Source of the DNA: Nemertoderma westbladi
Taxonomy: Eukaryota > Animalia > Xenacoelomorpha
Direction of reading: 5' to 3'
NCBI GenBank assembly: GCA_032718475.1
Contig: JAUCBJ010007350.1
Location: forward strand, 1-57,375
DNA length: 57,375 bases
The notes below the pieces were generated by a model. It was not told the DNA's origin. It was given only the letters and a program-made list of their open reading frames with translations, and searched no databases. Made by a program: the position numbers and the translations under genes. Of the stretch, positions 1 through 12,670 are shown one piece after another. Within the stretch, counting starts at the first letter, position 1. Every line of letters begins with the position of its first letter.

Positions 1-60
1 CAATAAAGACATATAAATTTCGGCAGGTTAAACTGCTGAAGGTCTATAAAAGCGCGTACA
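1..60 (+). mobile_element. 3' end of an LTR related to the BEL/Pao LTRs in this window
   Basis: Bases 4-60 align to the LTR end at 19425-19481 and 34787-34843 with about 6 mismatches in 57 nt, and finish in ...ACA at the same position. Confidence 0.85.
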
Positions 61-560
61 ATTCCCCCAAAAACATATTCACCCCCCAAAAACAATTATC
101 CCCCAAAAACAATTATTCATCCCCCAAAAACAATTATTCATCCCCCAAAAACAATTATTCATCCCCCAAAAACAATTATTCATCCCCCAAAAATAATTAT
201 TCATCCCCCAAAAACAATTATCCATCCCCCAAAAACAATTATTGATTCCCCCAAAAACATATTCACCCCCCAAAAACAATTATTGATTCCCCAAAAACAA
301 TTATTCACCCCCTAAAAACAATTATTCATCCCCCACAAACAATTATTCATCCCCCAAAAACAATTATTCATCCCCCAAAAACAATTATTCATCCCCCAAA
401 AACAATTATTCATCCCCCAAAAACAATTATTCATCCCCCAAAAACAATTATTTATCCCCAAAAACAATTATTCACGCCCCAAAAATAATTATTGATTCCC
501 CCAAAAACAATTATTCACGCCCCAAAAACAATGAGTCATACCCCAAAAACAATTATTCAA
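61..560 (+). repeat. ~21-bp minisatellite (CCCCCAAAAACAATTATTCAT)n
   Basis: About 23 directly visible tandem units; the ORF 79..279 is a by-product. Confidence 0.95.
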
Positions 561-710
561 TCTCCCTTAAATAATTACAAAAAAAACGTTTACACTTTAC
601 ATTTAAAAAATAATTTATTTATACAAAATTCATTAATTATTTATTTCCATAAATCAAACAAAATGTTTAATCATACCGACGACGATCATCGTACCAATAG
701 TGTGCAGTGC

Positions 711-1296
711 AACTGAGAGTCTGTAACTGAGAGTCTGTAACTGAGAGTCTGTAACTGAGAGTCTGTAACTGATAGTATGTAACTGAGAGTCTGTAACTGA
801 TAGTATGTAACTGAGAGTCTGTAACTGAGAGTATGTAACTGAGAGTCTGTAACTGATAGTATGTAACTGAGAGTCTGTAACTGATAGTATGTAACTGAGA
901 GTCTGTAACTGAGAGTCTGTAACTGATAGTATGTAACTGAGAGTCTGTAACTGAGAGTATGTAACTGAGAGTCTGTAACTGATAGTATGTAACTGAGAGT
1001 CTGTAACTGATAGTATGTAACTGAGAGTCTGTAACTGAGAGTCTGTAACTGATAGTATGTAACTGAGAGTCTGTAACTGAGAGTATGTAACTGAGAGTCT
1101 GTAACTGATAGTATGTAACTGAGAGTCTGTAACTGATAGTATGTAACTGAGAGTCTGTAACTGATAGTATGTAACTGAGAGTCTGTAACTGATAGTATGT
1201 AACTGAGAGTCTGTAACTGATAGTATGTAACTGAGAGTCTGTAACTTAGAGTCTGTAACTTAGAGTCTGTAACTGAGAGTCTGTAACTGAGACTCT
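711..1296 (+). repeat. 14-bp tandem repeat (AACTGAGAGTCTGT / AACTGATAGTATGT variants)
   Basis: About 41 units; the rare variant AACTGAGAGTATGT recurs at 823, 949 and 1075 (126-bp period). Confidence 0.97.
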
Positions 1297-1297
1297 G

Positions 1298-1725
1298 ATT
1301 ATTTTGGTAGCATATTTGATTATTTTGGGGGATTATGCATTTATTTTGGGAGAATATGTATTTATTTTGGGGAAAATATGTATTTATTTTGGGGGATTAT
1401 GTATTTATTTTGGTGGAATATGAATTATTTTGGGGGATTATGTACTTATTTTGGGAAAAAATGTCTTTACTTTGGGAAAATTCGAAATTATTTTGGGTTT
1501 TTTTTTCATATATTTTGGTGTGAATAATTGGTTTTGGGGGGAATTTATTTATTTGGGTTTTGAATAATTGTTTTTGTGTTGAATAATTTATTTCGGTGTG
1601 TGAATAATTTTATTTGGGATGACTTTATTTTATTTGGTGTTTAATAATTTTTTATTGTGGTAAAATTTATTTAAATTGGTGTTTTATAAGCTTTTTGGTG
1701 AAATTTTCATCAATTTTGGTGTGAC
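1298..1725 (-). repeat. Degenerate inverted copy of the 21-bp minisatellite
   Basis: GTGAATAATTGGTTTTGGGGGG (~1520-1541) and neighbouring units approximate the reverse complement of CCCCCCAAAAACAATTATTCAC. Confidence 0.7.
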
Positions 1726-1741
1726 TTTAATAATCTTTTCA

Positions 1742-4700
1742 AACTGTCCGGTTACTAACCTTTGTCAACTGTCCGGTTACTAACCTTTGACAACTGTCCG
1801 GTTACTAACCTTTGTGAACTGTTCGGTTACTAACTTCTGTCAACAACTGTCCGGTTACTAACCTTTGTCAACTGTCCGGTTACTAACCTTTTCAACTGTC
1901 CGGTTACTAACCTTTGTCAATTGTCCGGTTTCTAACCTTTGTGAACTGTCTGGTTACTAACCTTTGTCAACTGTTCAGTTACAAACCTCTGTTAACAACG
2001 GTCCGGTTACTACACTTTGACAACTGTCCGATAGCTAACCTTATTGTCAACTGTCCGGTTACTAACCTTTGTCAACTGTCCGGTTACTAACCTTTGTGAA
2101 CTGTTCGGTTATTAACCCCTGTCAACAACTGTCCGGTTACTAACCTTTGTCAACTGTCCAGTTACTAACCTTTGTCAACTGTCCGGTTACTAACCTTTGT
2201 CAACTGTCCGGTCACTAACCTTTGTGAACTGTTCGGTTACAAACCTCTGTCAACAACTGTCCGGTTACTAACCTTTTTTAACTGTCCGGTAACTAACCTT
2301 TGTCAACTGTCCGGTTTCTAACCTTTGTGAACTGTCCGGTTACTAACCTTTGTCAACTGTCCGGTTACTAGCCTTTGTGAACTGTTCGGTTACTGACCTC
2401 TCTCAACAACTGTCCAGTTAGTAACCTTTGTCAACTGTCCGGTAACTAACCATTGTCAACTGTCCGGTTACTAACCTTTGTCAACTGTCCGGTATCTAAC
2501 CTTTGTGAACTGTCCGGTTTCTAACCTTTGTGAACTGTTCGGTTACAAGCCTCTGTCAACAACTGTCCGGTTACTATCCTTTGTCAACTGTCCGGTTACT
2601 AACCTTTGTGAACTGTCCGGTTAATATCCTTTGTGAACTGTCCGTTTACTAACCTTTGTCAACTGTCCGGTTACTAACCTTTGTGAACTGTTCGGTTACA
2701 AACCTCTGTCAACAACTGTCCGGTTACTATCCTTTGTCAACTGTCCGGTTACTAACCTTTGTGAACTGTCCGGTTACTATCCTTTGTGAACTGTCCGGTT
2801 ACTATCCTTTGTGAACTGTCCGTTTACTAACCTTCGTCAACTGTCCGGTTACTAACCTTCGTGAACTGTTCAGTTACAAACCTCTGTCAACAACTGTCCG
2901 GTTACTAACCTTTGTCAACTGTCCGGTTACTAACCTTTGTGAACTTTCCGGTTACTATCCTTTGTGAACTGTCCGTTTACTAACCTTTGTCAACTGTCCG
3001 GTTACTAACCTTTGTGATCTGTCTGGTAACTAACCTTTGTCAACTGTCCTGTTTCTAACCTTTGTGAACTGTCCGGTTACTAACCTTTGTGAACTGTCCG
3101 GTTACTAACCTTTGTGAACTGTTCGGTTGCTGACCTCTGCCAACCACTGTCCGGTTAGTAACCTTTGTCAACTGTCCGGTAACTAACCTTTGTCAACTGT
3201 CCGGTTACTAACCTTTGTCAACTGTCCGGTTACTAACCTTTGTGAACTGTTCGGTTACTGACCTCTGTCAACCACTGTCCGGTTAGTAACTTTTGTAAAC
3301 TGTCCGGTAACTAACCTTTGTCAACTGTACGGTTACTAACTTTTGTGAACTGTTCGGTTACTGACCTCTGTCAACCACTGTCCGGTTAGTAACCTTTGTC
3401 AACTGTCCGGTTACTAACCTTTGTGAACTGTTCGGTTACAAAGCTCTGTCAACAACTGTCCGGTTACTAACCTTTGTCAACTGTCCGGTTACTAACCTTT
3501 GTGAACTGTCCGGTTACTATCCTTTGTAAACTGTCTGTTTACTAACCTTTGTCAAATGTCCGGTTACTAACCTTTGTGAACTGTTCAGTTACAAACCTCT
3601 GTCAACAACTGTCCGGTTACTAACCTTTGTCAACTGTCCGGTTACTAACCTTTGTGAACTTTCCGGTTACTATCCTTTGTGAACTGTCCGTTTACTAATC
3701 TTTGTCAACTGTCCGGTTACTAACCTTTGTGATCTGTCTGGTAACTAACCTTTGTCAACTGTCCTGTTTCTAACCTTTGTGAACTGTCCGGTTACTAACC
3801 TTTGTCAACTGTCCGGTTACTAACCTTTGTGAACTGTTCGGTTACTGACCTCTGCCAACCACTGTCCGGTTAGTAACCTTTGTCAACTGTCCGGTAACTA
3901 ACCTTTGTCAACTGTCCGGTTACTAACCTTTGTCAACTGTCCGGTTACTAACCTTTGTGAACTGTTCGGTTACTGACCTCTGTCAACCACTGTCCGGTTA
4001 GTAACTTTTGTAAACTGTCCGGTAACTAACCTTTGTCAACTGTCCGGTTACTACCTTTTGTGAACTGTTCGGTTACTGACCTCTGTCAACCACTGTCCGG
4101 TTAGTAACCTTTGTCAACTGTCCGGTTACTAACCTTTGTGAACTGTCCGGTTACAAAGCTCTGTCAACAACTGTCCGGTTACTAAACTCTGTCAACAACT
4201 GTCCGGTTACTATCCTTTGTCAACTGTCCGGTTACTAACCTTTGTGAACTGTCCGGTTACTATCCTTTGTGAACTGTCCGGTTACCATCCTTTGTGAACT
4301 GTCCGTTTACTAACCTTCGTCAACTGTCCGGTTACTAACCTTTGTGAACTGTTCAGTTACAAACCTCTGTCAACAACTGTCCGGTTACTAACCTTTGTCA
4401 ACTGTCCGGTTACTAACCTTTGTGAACTTTCCGGTTACTATCCTTTGTGAACTGTCCGTTTACTAACCTTTGTCAACTGTCCGGTTACTAACCTTTGTGA
4501 TCTGTCTGGTAACTAACCTTTGTCAACTGTCCTGTTTCTAACCTTTGTGAACTGTCCGGTTACTAACCTTTGTCAACTGTCCGGTTACTAACCTTTGTGA
4601 ACTGTTCGGTTACTGACCTCTGCCAACCACTGTCCGGTTAGTAACCTTTGTCAACTGTCCGGTAACTAACCTTTGTCAACTGTCCGGTTACTAACCTTTG

Positions 4701-7700
4701 TCAACTGTCCGGTTACTAACCTTTGTGAACTGTTCGGTTACTGACCTCTGTCAACCACTGTCCGGTTAGTAACTTTTGTAAACTGTCCGGTAACTAACCT
4801 TTGTCAACTGTCCGGTTACTAACTTTTGTGAACTGTTCGGTTACTGACCTCTGTCAACCACTGTCCGGTTAGTAACCTTTGTCAACTGTCCGGTTACTAA
4901 CCTTTGTGAACTGTTCGGTTACAAAGCTCTGTCAACAACTGTCCGGTTACTAACCTTTGTCAACTGTCCGGTTACTAACCTTTGTGAACTGTCCGGTTAC
5001 TATCCTTTGTAAACTGTCTGCTTACTAACCTTTGTCAACTGTCCTGTTACTAACCTTAGTGAACTGTTCAGTTACAAACCTCTGTCAACAACTGTCCGGT
5101 TACTAACCTTTGTCAACTGTCCGGTTACTAACCTTTGTCAACTGTCCGGTTACTAACCTTTGTCAACTGTCCGGTTACTAACCTTTGTGAACTGTTCGGT
5201 TACAAAGCTCTGTCAACAACTATCCGGTTACTAACCTTTGTCAACTGTCCGGTTACTAACCTTTGTGAACTTTCCGGTTACTATCCTTTGTGAACTGTCC
5301 GTTTACTAACCTTTGTGAACTGTCCGGTTACTAACCTTTGTCAACTGTCCGGTTAATAACCTTTGTGAACTGTTCGGTTACTGACCTCTGTCAACCACTG
5401 TCCGGTTAGTAACCTTTGTCAACTGTCCGGTAACTAACCTTTGTCAACTTCTCCGGTTACTAACCTTTGTCAACTGTCCGGTTACTAACCTTTGTGAACT
5501 GTTCGGTTACTGACCTCTGTCAACCACTGTCCGGTTAGTAACCTTTGTCAACTGTGCGGTAACTAACCTTTGTCAACTGTCCGGTTACTAACCTTTGTGA
5601 ACTGTTCGGTTACTGACCTCTGTCAACCACTGTCCGGTAGTAACCTTTGTCAACTGTCCGGTTACTAACCTTTGTGAACTGTTCGGTTACAAACCTCTGA
5701 CAACAACTGTCCGGTTACTAACCTTTGTCAACTGTCCGGTTACTAACCTTTGTGAACTGTCCGGTTACTATCCTTTGTAAACTGTCTGTTTACTAACCTT
5801 TGTGAACTGTCCGGTTACTAACCTTAGTGAACTGTTCAGTTACAAACCTCTGTCAACAACTGTCCGGTTACTAACCTTTGTCAACTGTCCGGTTACTAAC
5901 CTTTGTGAACTTTCCGGTTACTATCCTTTGTGAACTGTCCGTTTACTAACCTTTGTCAACTGTCCGGTTACTAACCTTTGTGATCTGTCTGGTAACTAAC
6001 CTTTGTCAACTGTCCTGTTTCTAACCTTTGTGAACTGTCCGGTTACTAACCTTTGTCAACTGTCCGGTTACTAACCTTTGTGAACTGTTCGGTTACTGAC
6101 CTCTGCCAACCACTGTCCGGTTAGTAACCTTTGTCAACTGTCCGGTAACTAACCTTTGTCAACTGTCCGGTTACTAACCTTTGTCAACTGTCCGGTTACT
6201 AACCTTTGTGAACTGTTCGGTTACTGACCTCTGTCAACCACTGTCCGGTTAGTAACTTTTGTAAACTGTCCGGTAACTAACCTTTGTCAACTGTCCGGTT
6301 ACTAACTTTTGTGAACTGTTCGGTTACTGACCTCTGTCAACCACTGTCCGGTTAGTAACCTTTGTCAACTGTCCGGTTACTAACCTTTGTGAACTGTTCG
6401 GTTACAAAGCTCTGTCAACAACTGTCCGGTTACTAACCTTTGTCAACTGTCCGGTTACTAACCTTTGTGAACTGTCCGGTTACTATCCTTTGTAAACTGT
6501 CTGCTTACTAACCTTTGTCAACTGTCCTGTTACTAACCTTAGTGAACTGTTCAGTTACAAACCTCTGTCAACAACTGTCCGGTTACTAACCTTTGTCAAC
6601 TGTCCGGTTACTAACCTTTGTCAACTGTCCGGTTACTAACCTTTGTCAACTGTCCGGTTACTAACCTTTGTGAACTGTTCGGTTACAAAGCTCTGTCAAC
6701 AACTATCCGGTTACTAACCTTTGTCAACTGTCCGGTTACTAACCTTTGTGAACTTTCCGGTTACTATCCTTTGTGAACTGTCCGTTTACTAACCTTTGTG
6801 AACTGTCCGGTTACTAACCTTTGTCAACTGTCCGGTTAATAACCTTTGTGAACTGTTCGGTTACTGACCTCTGTCAACCACTGTCCGGTTAGTAACCTTT
6901 GTCAACTGTCCGGTAACTAACCTTTGTCAACTTCTCCGGTTACTAACCTTTGTCAACTGTCCGGTTACTAACCTTTGTGAACTGTTCGGTTACTGACCTC
7001 TGTCAACCACTGTCCGGTTAGTAACCTTTGTCAACTGTGCGGTAACTAACCTTTGTCAACTGTCCGGTTACTAACCTTTGTGAACTGTTCGGTTACTGAC
7101 CTCTGTCAACCACTGTCCGGTAGTAACCTTTGTCAACTGTCCGGTTACTAACCTTTGTGAACTGTTCGGTTACAAACCTCTGACAACAACTGTCCGGTTA
7201 CTAACCTTTGTCAACTGTCCGGTTACTAACCTTTGTGAACTGTCCGGTTACTATCCTTTGTAAACTGTCTGTTTACTAACCTTTGTGAACTGTCCGGTTA
7301 CTAACCTTAGTGAACTGTTCAGTTACAAACCTCTGTCAACAACTGTCCGGTTACCAACCTTTGTCAACTGTCCGGTTACTATCCTTTGTGAACTGTCCGG
7401 TTACTATCCTTTGTAAACAGTCCGTTTACTATCCTTTGTCAACTGTCCGGTTACTAACCTTTGTGAACTGTTCGGTTACTGACCTCTGTCAACCACTGTC
7501 CGGTAGTAACCTTTGTCAACTGTCCGGTTACTAACCTTTGTGAACTGTTCGGTTACAAACCTCTGTCAACAACTGTCCGGTTACTAACCTTTGTCAACTG
7601 TCCGGTTACTAACCTTTGTGAACTGTCCGGTTACTATCCTTTGTAAACAGTCCGTTTACTAACCTTTGTCAACTGTCCGGTTACTAACCTTTGTGAACTG

Positions 7701-7855
7701 TTCAGTCACAAACCTCTGTCAACAACTGTCCGGTTACTAACCTTTGTCAACTGCCCGGTTAACCTTTGTCAACTGTCCGGTTACTAACCTTTGTCAACTG
7801 TCCGGTTACTAACCTTTTTCAACTGTCCGGTTATTAACCTTTATGAACTGTCTGT
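1742..7855 (+). repeat. 25/28-bp satellite array (AACTGTCCGGTTACTAACCTTTGTC)n with higher-order repeats
   Basis: About 6.1 kb of tandem monomers; diagnostic variants recur at 1483-bp spacing (4499/5982 and 5221/6704). Confidence 0.97.
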
Positions 7856-8411
7856 TAGCGGTTGACTGGGTTTCACTTTGGTAGTTTCCGTCTGGTAACT
7901 CCGACACCCATCAATAGACAGTGAGTCATTGACATCTGTTCGACACAAACTCCAGCAATCCAGGCCGCGCTTCTTTACAAACGTAGATATCATAATATAT
8001 TATTTGTAAGTTTCCGAAGCTTTGTATTTACCGGAGTTTACGGGATATAAAAATACCGATTTAGCCTGTAAATAACGACAATGTGACAATTTAGTTTATG
8101 ATTTATTAACAGATGTCGTCATAGGTCGGTAAGTCAGTATAAGGGCGTCAACACAGAATTCCAATTAATATACCATTCCTTATTTTACACAATTTCGTAT
8201 TCTTTATGAAACAACAAATTATTGGTAATCAACTAATTTCATTTAGTTTAATGGGAAAAATACCATCTTAACGCCAAACAATGAATTAATTAAACATTAG
8301 ATTTTGTGCATTCGGAAATTTGCTAAAAAGATTTTAATATATTTATTAAATATTATTATTATTTTAGTAAGATATACAACAAATAAGCATTTTATTAAAG
8401 AATAATTTTTT

Positions 8412-9815
8412 TAACTATTTACATACCTGTGTGTAAAGTAGCACTTTACAGTGTGACGATCTGAGTCTGAGTGCTTTGTTACACGAACAAACGTTAGTGA
8501 GTGAGTGAAAATAAAGCCACGAGGATCAGAACACTGTTAAAGTACTTTATTCCAAAATTGTAACATTGTTCAACGCCGTTAGTATTAACAGCGAGTTGTT
8601 ATTTAGCACTTTACAACTTTAGAGGACATTACAACATTGTATTGACCTGTACATTTAGTATTGTATTTGGTGTTATTGTTTATGTGGTAACCCTTCGCGG
8701 CGTTAAGTAATGTCCACTATGGGGACATTACTTAACGCCGTCATTGGATACCACGTAAACAATAGGTGGAAATTTGCCTGACAGACAGATAGGCCTTCTG
8801 TATTACCTACCGGTAGGCGGGGTATAACTATTAATAACCAGTAGGGCCTAGCTATATTATTATAACATGGCTCCAAACGCCACCATAAATATAAGCTAAC
8901 TTATTTATAACATAATTTATGTCCTTTTACATTTATTTATACAGCAACTAATATAATTTGTGCAGTTTCTATCACTTATAATGTATATGTACAATCATTT
9001 GGTAATGTTAAAATTTTGGAATGAAACTACATACATACTTGTTGCAAAGTACTTTACAGTGTTCTGATCCTCTTGGATTTATTTTCACTCACTCACTATT
9101 GTTCGTTCGTGTAACAAAGCCACTCGGATCATCACACTGTAAAGTGCAACTTTACACATAAGTATGTAAATAGTTATTGCAAAAAGTATGTATGTAGTTT
9201 TATAATTTATAGTTCCAAAATTTTAACATTACGAAATGATTGCACATATACATTATAAGTGATAGAAATGGCACAAATTATATTAGTTGCTGTATAAATA
9301 AATGTAAAAATGATATAAATTATGTTATAAATAAGTCAGCTTATATTTATGGTGGCGTTTGGAGCCATGTTATAAAAATATAGCTAGGCCCTACTGGTTA
9401 TTAATAGCTATACCCCGCCTACCGGTAGGTAATGCAGTAGGCCTATCTGGCTGTCAGGCAAATTTCCACCTATTGTTTACGTGGTATCCAATGACGTCGT
9501 TAAGTAATGTCCCCTTAGTGGATATTACTTAACGCCGTCATGGGTTACCAGGTAAACAATAACACCAAATACAATACTAAATGTACAGGGCAATACAATG
9601 CTGTAATGTCCTCGAAAGTTGTAAAGTGCTAAATAACAACTCGCTGTTAATACTAACGGCGTTGAGTAAAGTTACAGTTTTGGAATAAAGTACTTTGCAA
9701 CAAGTATGTATTTTGTTTTATTCCAAAATTGTAACATTACGAAATGATTGCATATATATCATAAGTGATAGAAACTACACAAATTAAATTAATTGCTGTA
9801 TAAATTAATGTAAAA
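8412..9815. repeat. Composite inverted repeat (A-B-A'-B'-partial B'), foldback-like
   Basis: 8412-8548 is approximately the reverse complement of 9046-9176; 8539-9055 is approximately the reverse complement of ~9178-9696; 9687-9815 is a partial third copy. Confidence 0.85.
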
Positions 9816-9994
9816 ATTACATTACTCGTAACGCTGCAAAGTACTACTTTGCAGCGTTGCGGCCTATAGGACGCAACGTGCAAAGTAATCAACAACATGG
9901 AAACAAGTTAAATTACCGTATTCCAGAATATATTATTTCCATTTATATTAATGCGTGCCTCTTTTATTCAATAAAGCAGCACGTGTTTGAATAA

Positions 9995-10184
9995 GGCCGC
10001 GTTCACACTTACCGAGTCAAAGTCAAAAGACAAAATATAAAAAAAATAACAAGAAATTAATTTTTTCTAGAACGCCATTATGTATTATATTAGGCCTATA
10101 TAATGTATTATTATTTATTATTGCTAGCTAGCTATATTTATTTTCTTTTGACTTTGACTTTGACTCGGTAGTGTGAACGCGGCC
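9995..10184. mobile_element. MITE, PIF/Harbinger-like
   Basis: TIR GGCCGCGTTCACACT / AGTGTGAACGCGGCC, extended by ACCGAGTCAAAGTCAAA / TTTGACTTTGACTCGGT; flanks TAA / CAA (imperfect 3-bp TSD). Superfamily inferred from the GGC-start TIR. Confidence 0.75.
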
Positions 10185-10244
10185 CAATGCGTGCGTCTAG
10201 TTTGAAGTGACGGAACTAGCTACATACTGTATGTAAATGGTGTT

Positions 10245-10311
10245 CGGACACTTCCCCCCCGGAAACTTCCCCCCCAGACACTTCCCCCCCGCGGACACTT
10301 CCCCCCCCGAC
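10245..10311 (+). repeat. Short tandem motif (GGACACTTCCCCCCC) x4, possibly a DNA-transposon subterminal repeat
   Basis: Four visible copies; no matching inverted end found in the window. Confidence 0.5.
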
Positions 10312-11202
10312 TGTTCTTAACTTCGCACATTCGTATTTTTCATTTTGTAAGGTAAACGGACCGCTTGTATCCAGATAAGTTGTATCCAATTTTCCTTTCG
10401 TAGCTCAGAAAGTGATCTTTTGCATCCCGATTTTACATTTTATATCCAAGTTTTATTTATGGGTTTTATCAATGCAATTACATCGTATTGTTTGCTAATC
10501 TTTAAACAATTAATTATATTAGATGACCTATAAATTCCATCCCCGGAATGATATACTGTTTTTATTAACTATAGAATTATAATAATTAATTGTTTTAATT
10601 ATAGGTATTATTATGTAATAGTCTTCTTCAAATTGTAGCAGATGGGGATGAATATTATTGTTGCAATCAAAATTATACATCTCCAGGGTGAAATCGACAT
10701 GCGTCGACCTGTATTCTGTGTTCAGCATTACATATTGATATACATATTACTACTATACATACTATATAGATATTATACACACTACATATTAAATTTCCTG
10801 GTTACTTGCAATATTTTTAATAGGATTTTGTTGAATTATATAATATTGTAGTAATTTATATATTAAAGTGGTTAACATTCAATACAGCTCCTACTTTAGG
10901 CTTAATCAATTTATTATCTGATGATTCAAACATGAATTAATTATTTCAAAGTGGTCTTAAGTCTTTCACCACGGGCACTCAGGGAAATGCCGGGGTCTGG
11001 GGGCGATAAAAAAAAGAAGCGGGGGTTTGGGGGCGGCAGCCCCCAATTAAAAGAAATTAAAAGAATTAAAGGAATTAAAAGAAAAACAAACAAAATTTGA
11101 CTAAAAATGTTTCTTTTATAATTTTGAAAAAACTTGTCTAGATACAACTTTTCTTTTCACTCTTCTTTCTTTTCACTTTTCAGCGTTAAAGACCCTTGTT
11201 TA

Positions 11203-11263
11203 TTTATGTAAACCTCCCTCGCTGCGCTCGCTCGGTACATAAATAAACTCAGGTCATAACGCT
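11203..11263 (+). repeat. Dispersed repeat, inverted copy at 38448-38508
   Basis: TTTATGTAAACCTCCCTCGCTGCGCTCGCTCGGTACATAAATAAACTCAGGTCATAACGCT matches the reverse complement of 38448-38508 with few mismatches. Confidence 0.8.
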
Positions 11264-11708
11264 GCAAAGTTATACTTTGCACACAATAATGTAAATAGTT
11301 ATATTTATGATCGCGTCGCAATTGTCCGTGTCGCAATTGTCCTAACTTCATTCAAATTCAAGTATGAAGTATCTACAGTATTTAGGCGTAGGGCCTAATG
11401 TACAGTAACTCACAGGACTACAACATGTAGACTTACGAGGACACATCTATGGTGGCTCATGGAGGCCAACTGAAAAAATATATGTGGCACCCATGGTCCA
11501 CACTTATAATTAAGTCATTCGTGGACCATGGAGGCCACCTATAAAAATATAGGCCTACTTAGCTTCCACGGTTCAAATAATAAACAAGTAAAATAATTAA
11601 TACTGTAGTAATAAATTGTATTGGCACTCACGGGCCAGTGTTACATATTACAAAAACATAGGTGGCCCATGCCGGAGGCCAACTCCATAGAAAAGTATTA
11701 GTCTTGAT

Positions 11709-11900
11709 GAGCCGTTAAAATTACTTGAATCACTATTTCCTGATTGGTTTTGAACTGGGTACCTACCAACGCCATCAACTGGTGTCAAAATGCCATAATT
11801 GCTGATATGGCGACAGGAAATAGTGATTCTAGTAATTTTAAGGACTGTTTTAAAAGGCCTTAAAAATACCAGAGTCACTATTTCGGAAGCCCTTAAAACA
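11709..11900 (+). repeat. Dispersed repeat with internal 26-bp inverted repeat; second copy inverted at ~46198-46406
   Basis: 11717-11742 pairs with 11814-11839; the whole segment matches the reverse complement of ~46198-46406. Confidence 0.75.
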
Positions 11901-12505
11901 ACCAGAGGCACTATCCATCGGTAACAAAGGGCCAGTTACAGAACTGGCAAGCAGCCGTTAAATTGACTAACACTGTGGGGCGAGCCACGAAAACGAGCGA
12001 GCTTAGAATACGGGTACCAATCTCAACCTCGCGCCTATCTGTCGGTCTGCCTGTCGGTTGATCCGTCTAATCTTTGAATGCTAATTGCTAATACAACAGT
12101 AACTCAGCGAATCTTTGAGATGAAATTATACCAAACGTGGTAGGCCTACACATACTGTAGTATGTCAAAAGTTTTGAAAGCTTTCAGAATTTTGGCGTCG
12201 TGCATTTAAATGTTCCGCATCTAGGAGGCGCTAAATTTCACTTCGTCTAGGCTTAATAACTTTTGAACCACTCATTGATTTTTAATAACCTATGGATGGT
12301 TCTCAATTAATAATTAGGTACTGTCACAGACCCAAAACATCAGCATCGGCCGCTAAATGGCGTTAACAAATTTACCGCTAGTAGTATTGAAGTTTTGAAT
12401 TAAGAATATTACATATAACCGATTAAACGATTATTTATTGCTATGACTTCGTGTTAATTTCAAACGTCTGTTTCCATTTTCAAACTCTGTCTTTGTCATA
12501 CTGTA

Positions 12506-12670
12506 TTATGTATTTAAGTTGACCTCTACATTTTCTCCTCCATTAGACGTATGGGTATGCACCTGCACCTTGTCCTTTACATTACCTGAATGGTATTTAC
12601 TATTATGGGTATTCAATGATCTTTTATTTTTATAATGCTTACCGCAACTAAATAATGTGCATGATTCCAT
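12506..12670 (-). pseudogene. Short ORF remnant with one C2H2 zinc-finger-like motif
   Basis: MES-CTLFSC-GKHYKNKRSLNT-HNSKYH gives C-X4-C-X12-H-X4-H spacing; only 54 aa from the ATG at 12670. Confidence 0.35.

Noticed and set aside
711-1296. Hammerhead ribozyme cores (CTGA..G) in the 14-bp repeat, and ribozymes in the LTR or leader
   Set aside because: No CUGANGA plus GAAA core with three stems, and no convincing HDV-like fold by eye.
79-7534. ORFs 79..279, 492..716, 1335..1523 and 7310..7534 as genes
   Set aside because: They are translations of tandem repeats.
1742-7855. CRISPR-like array of 25-28-bp repeats
   Set aside because: Monomers are head-to-tail with no unique spacers, there are no cas genes, and the context is eukaryotic.
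11975-12400. Helentron/DINE-1-like element suggested by CTGT-rich repeats and a motif shared with ~17538-17580
   Set aside because: Subterminal inverted repeats and the 3' hairpin could not be delimited.
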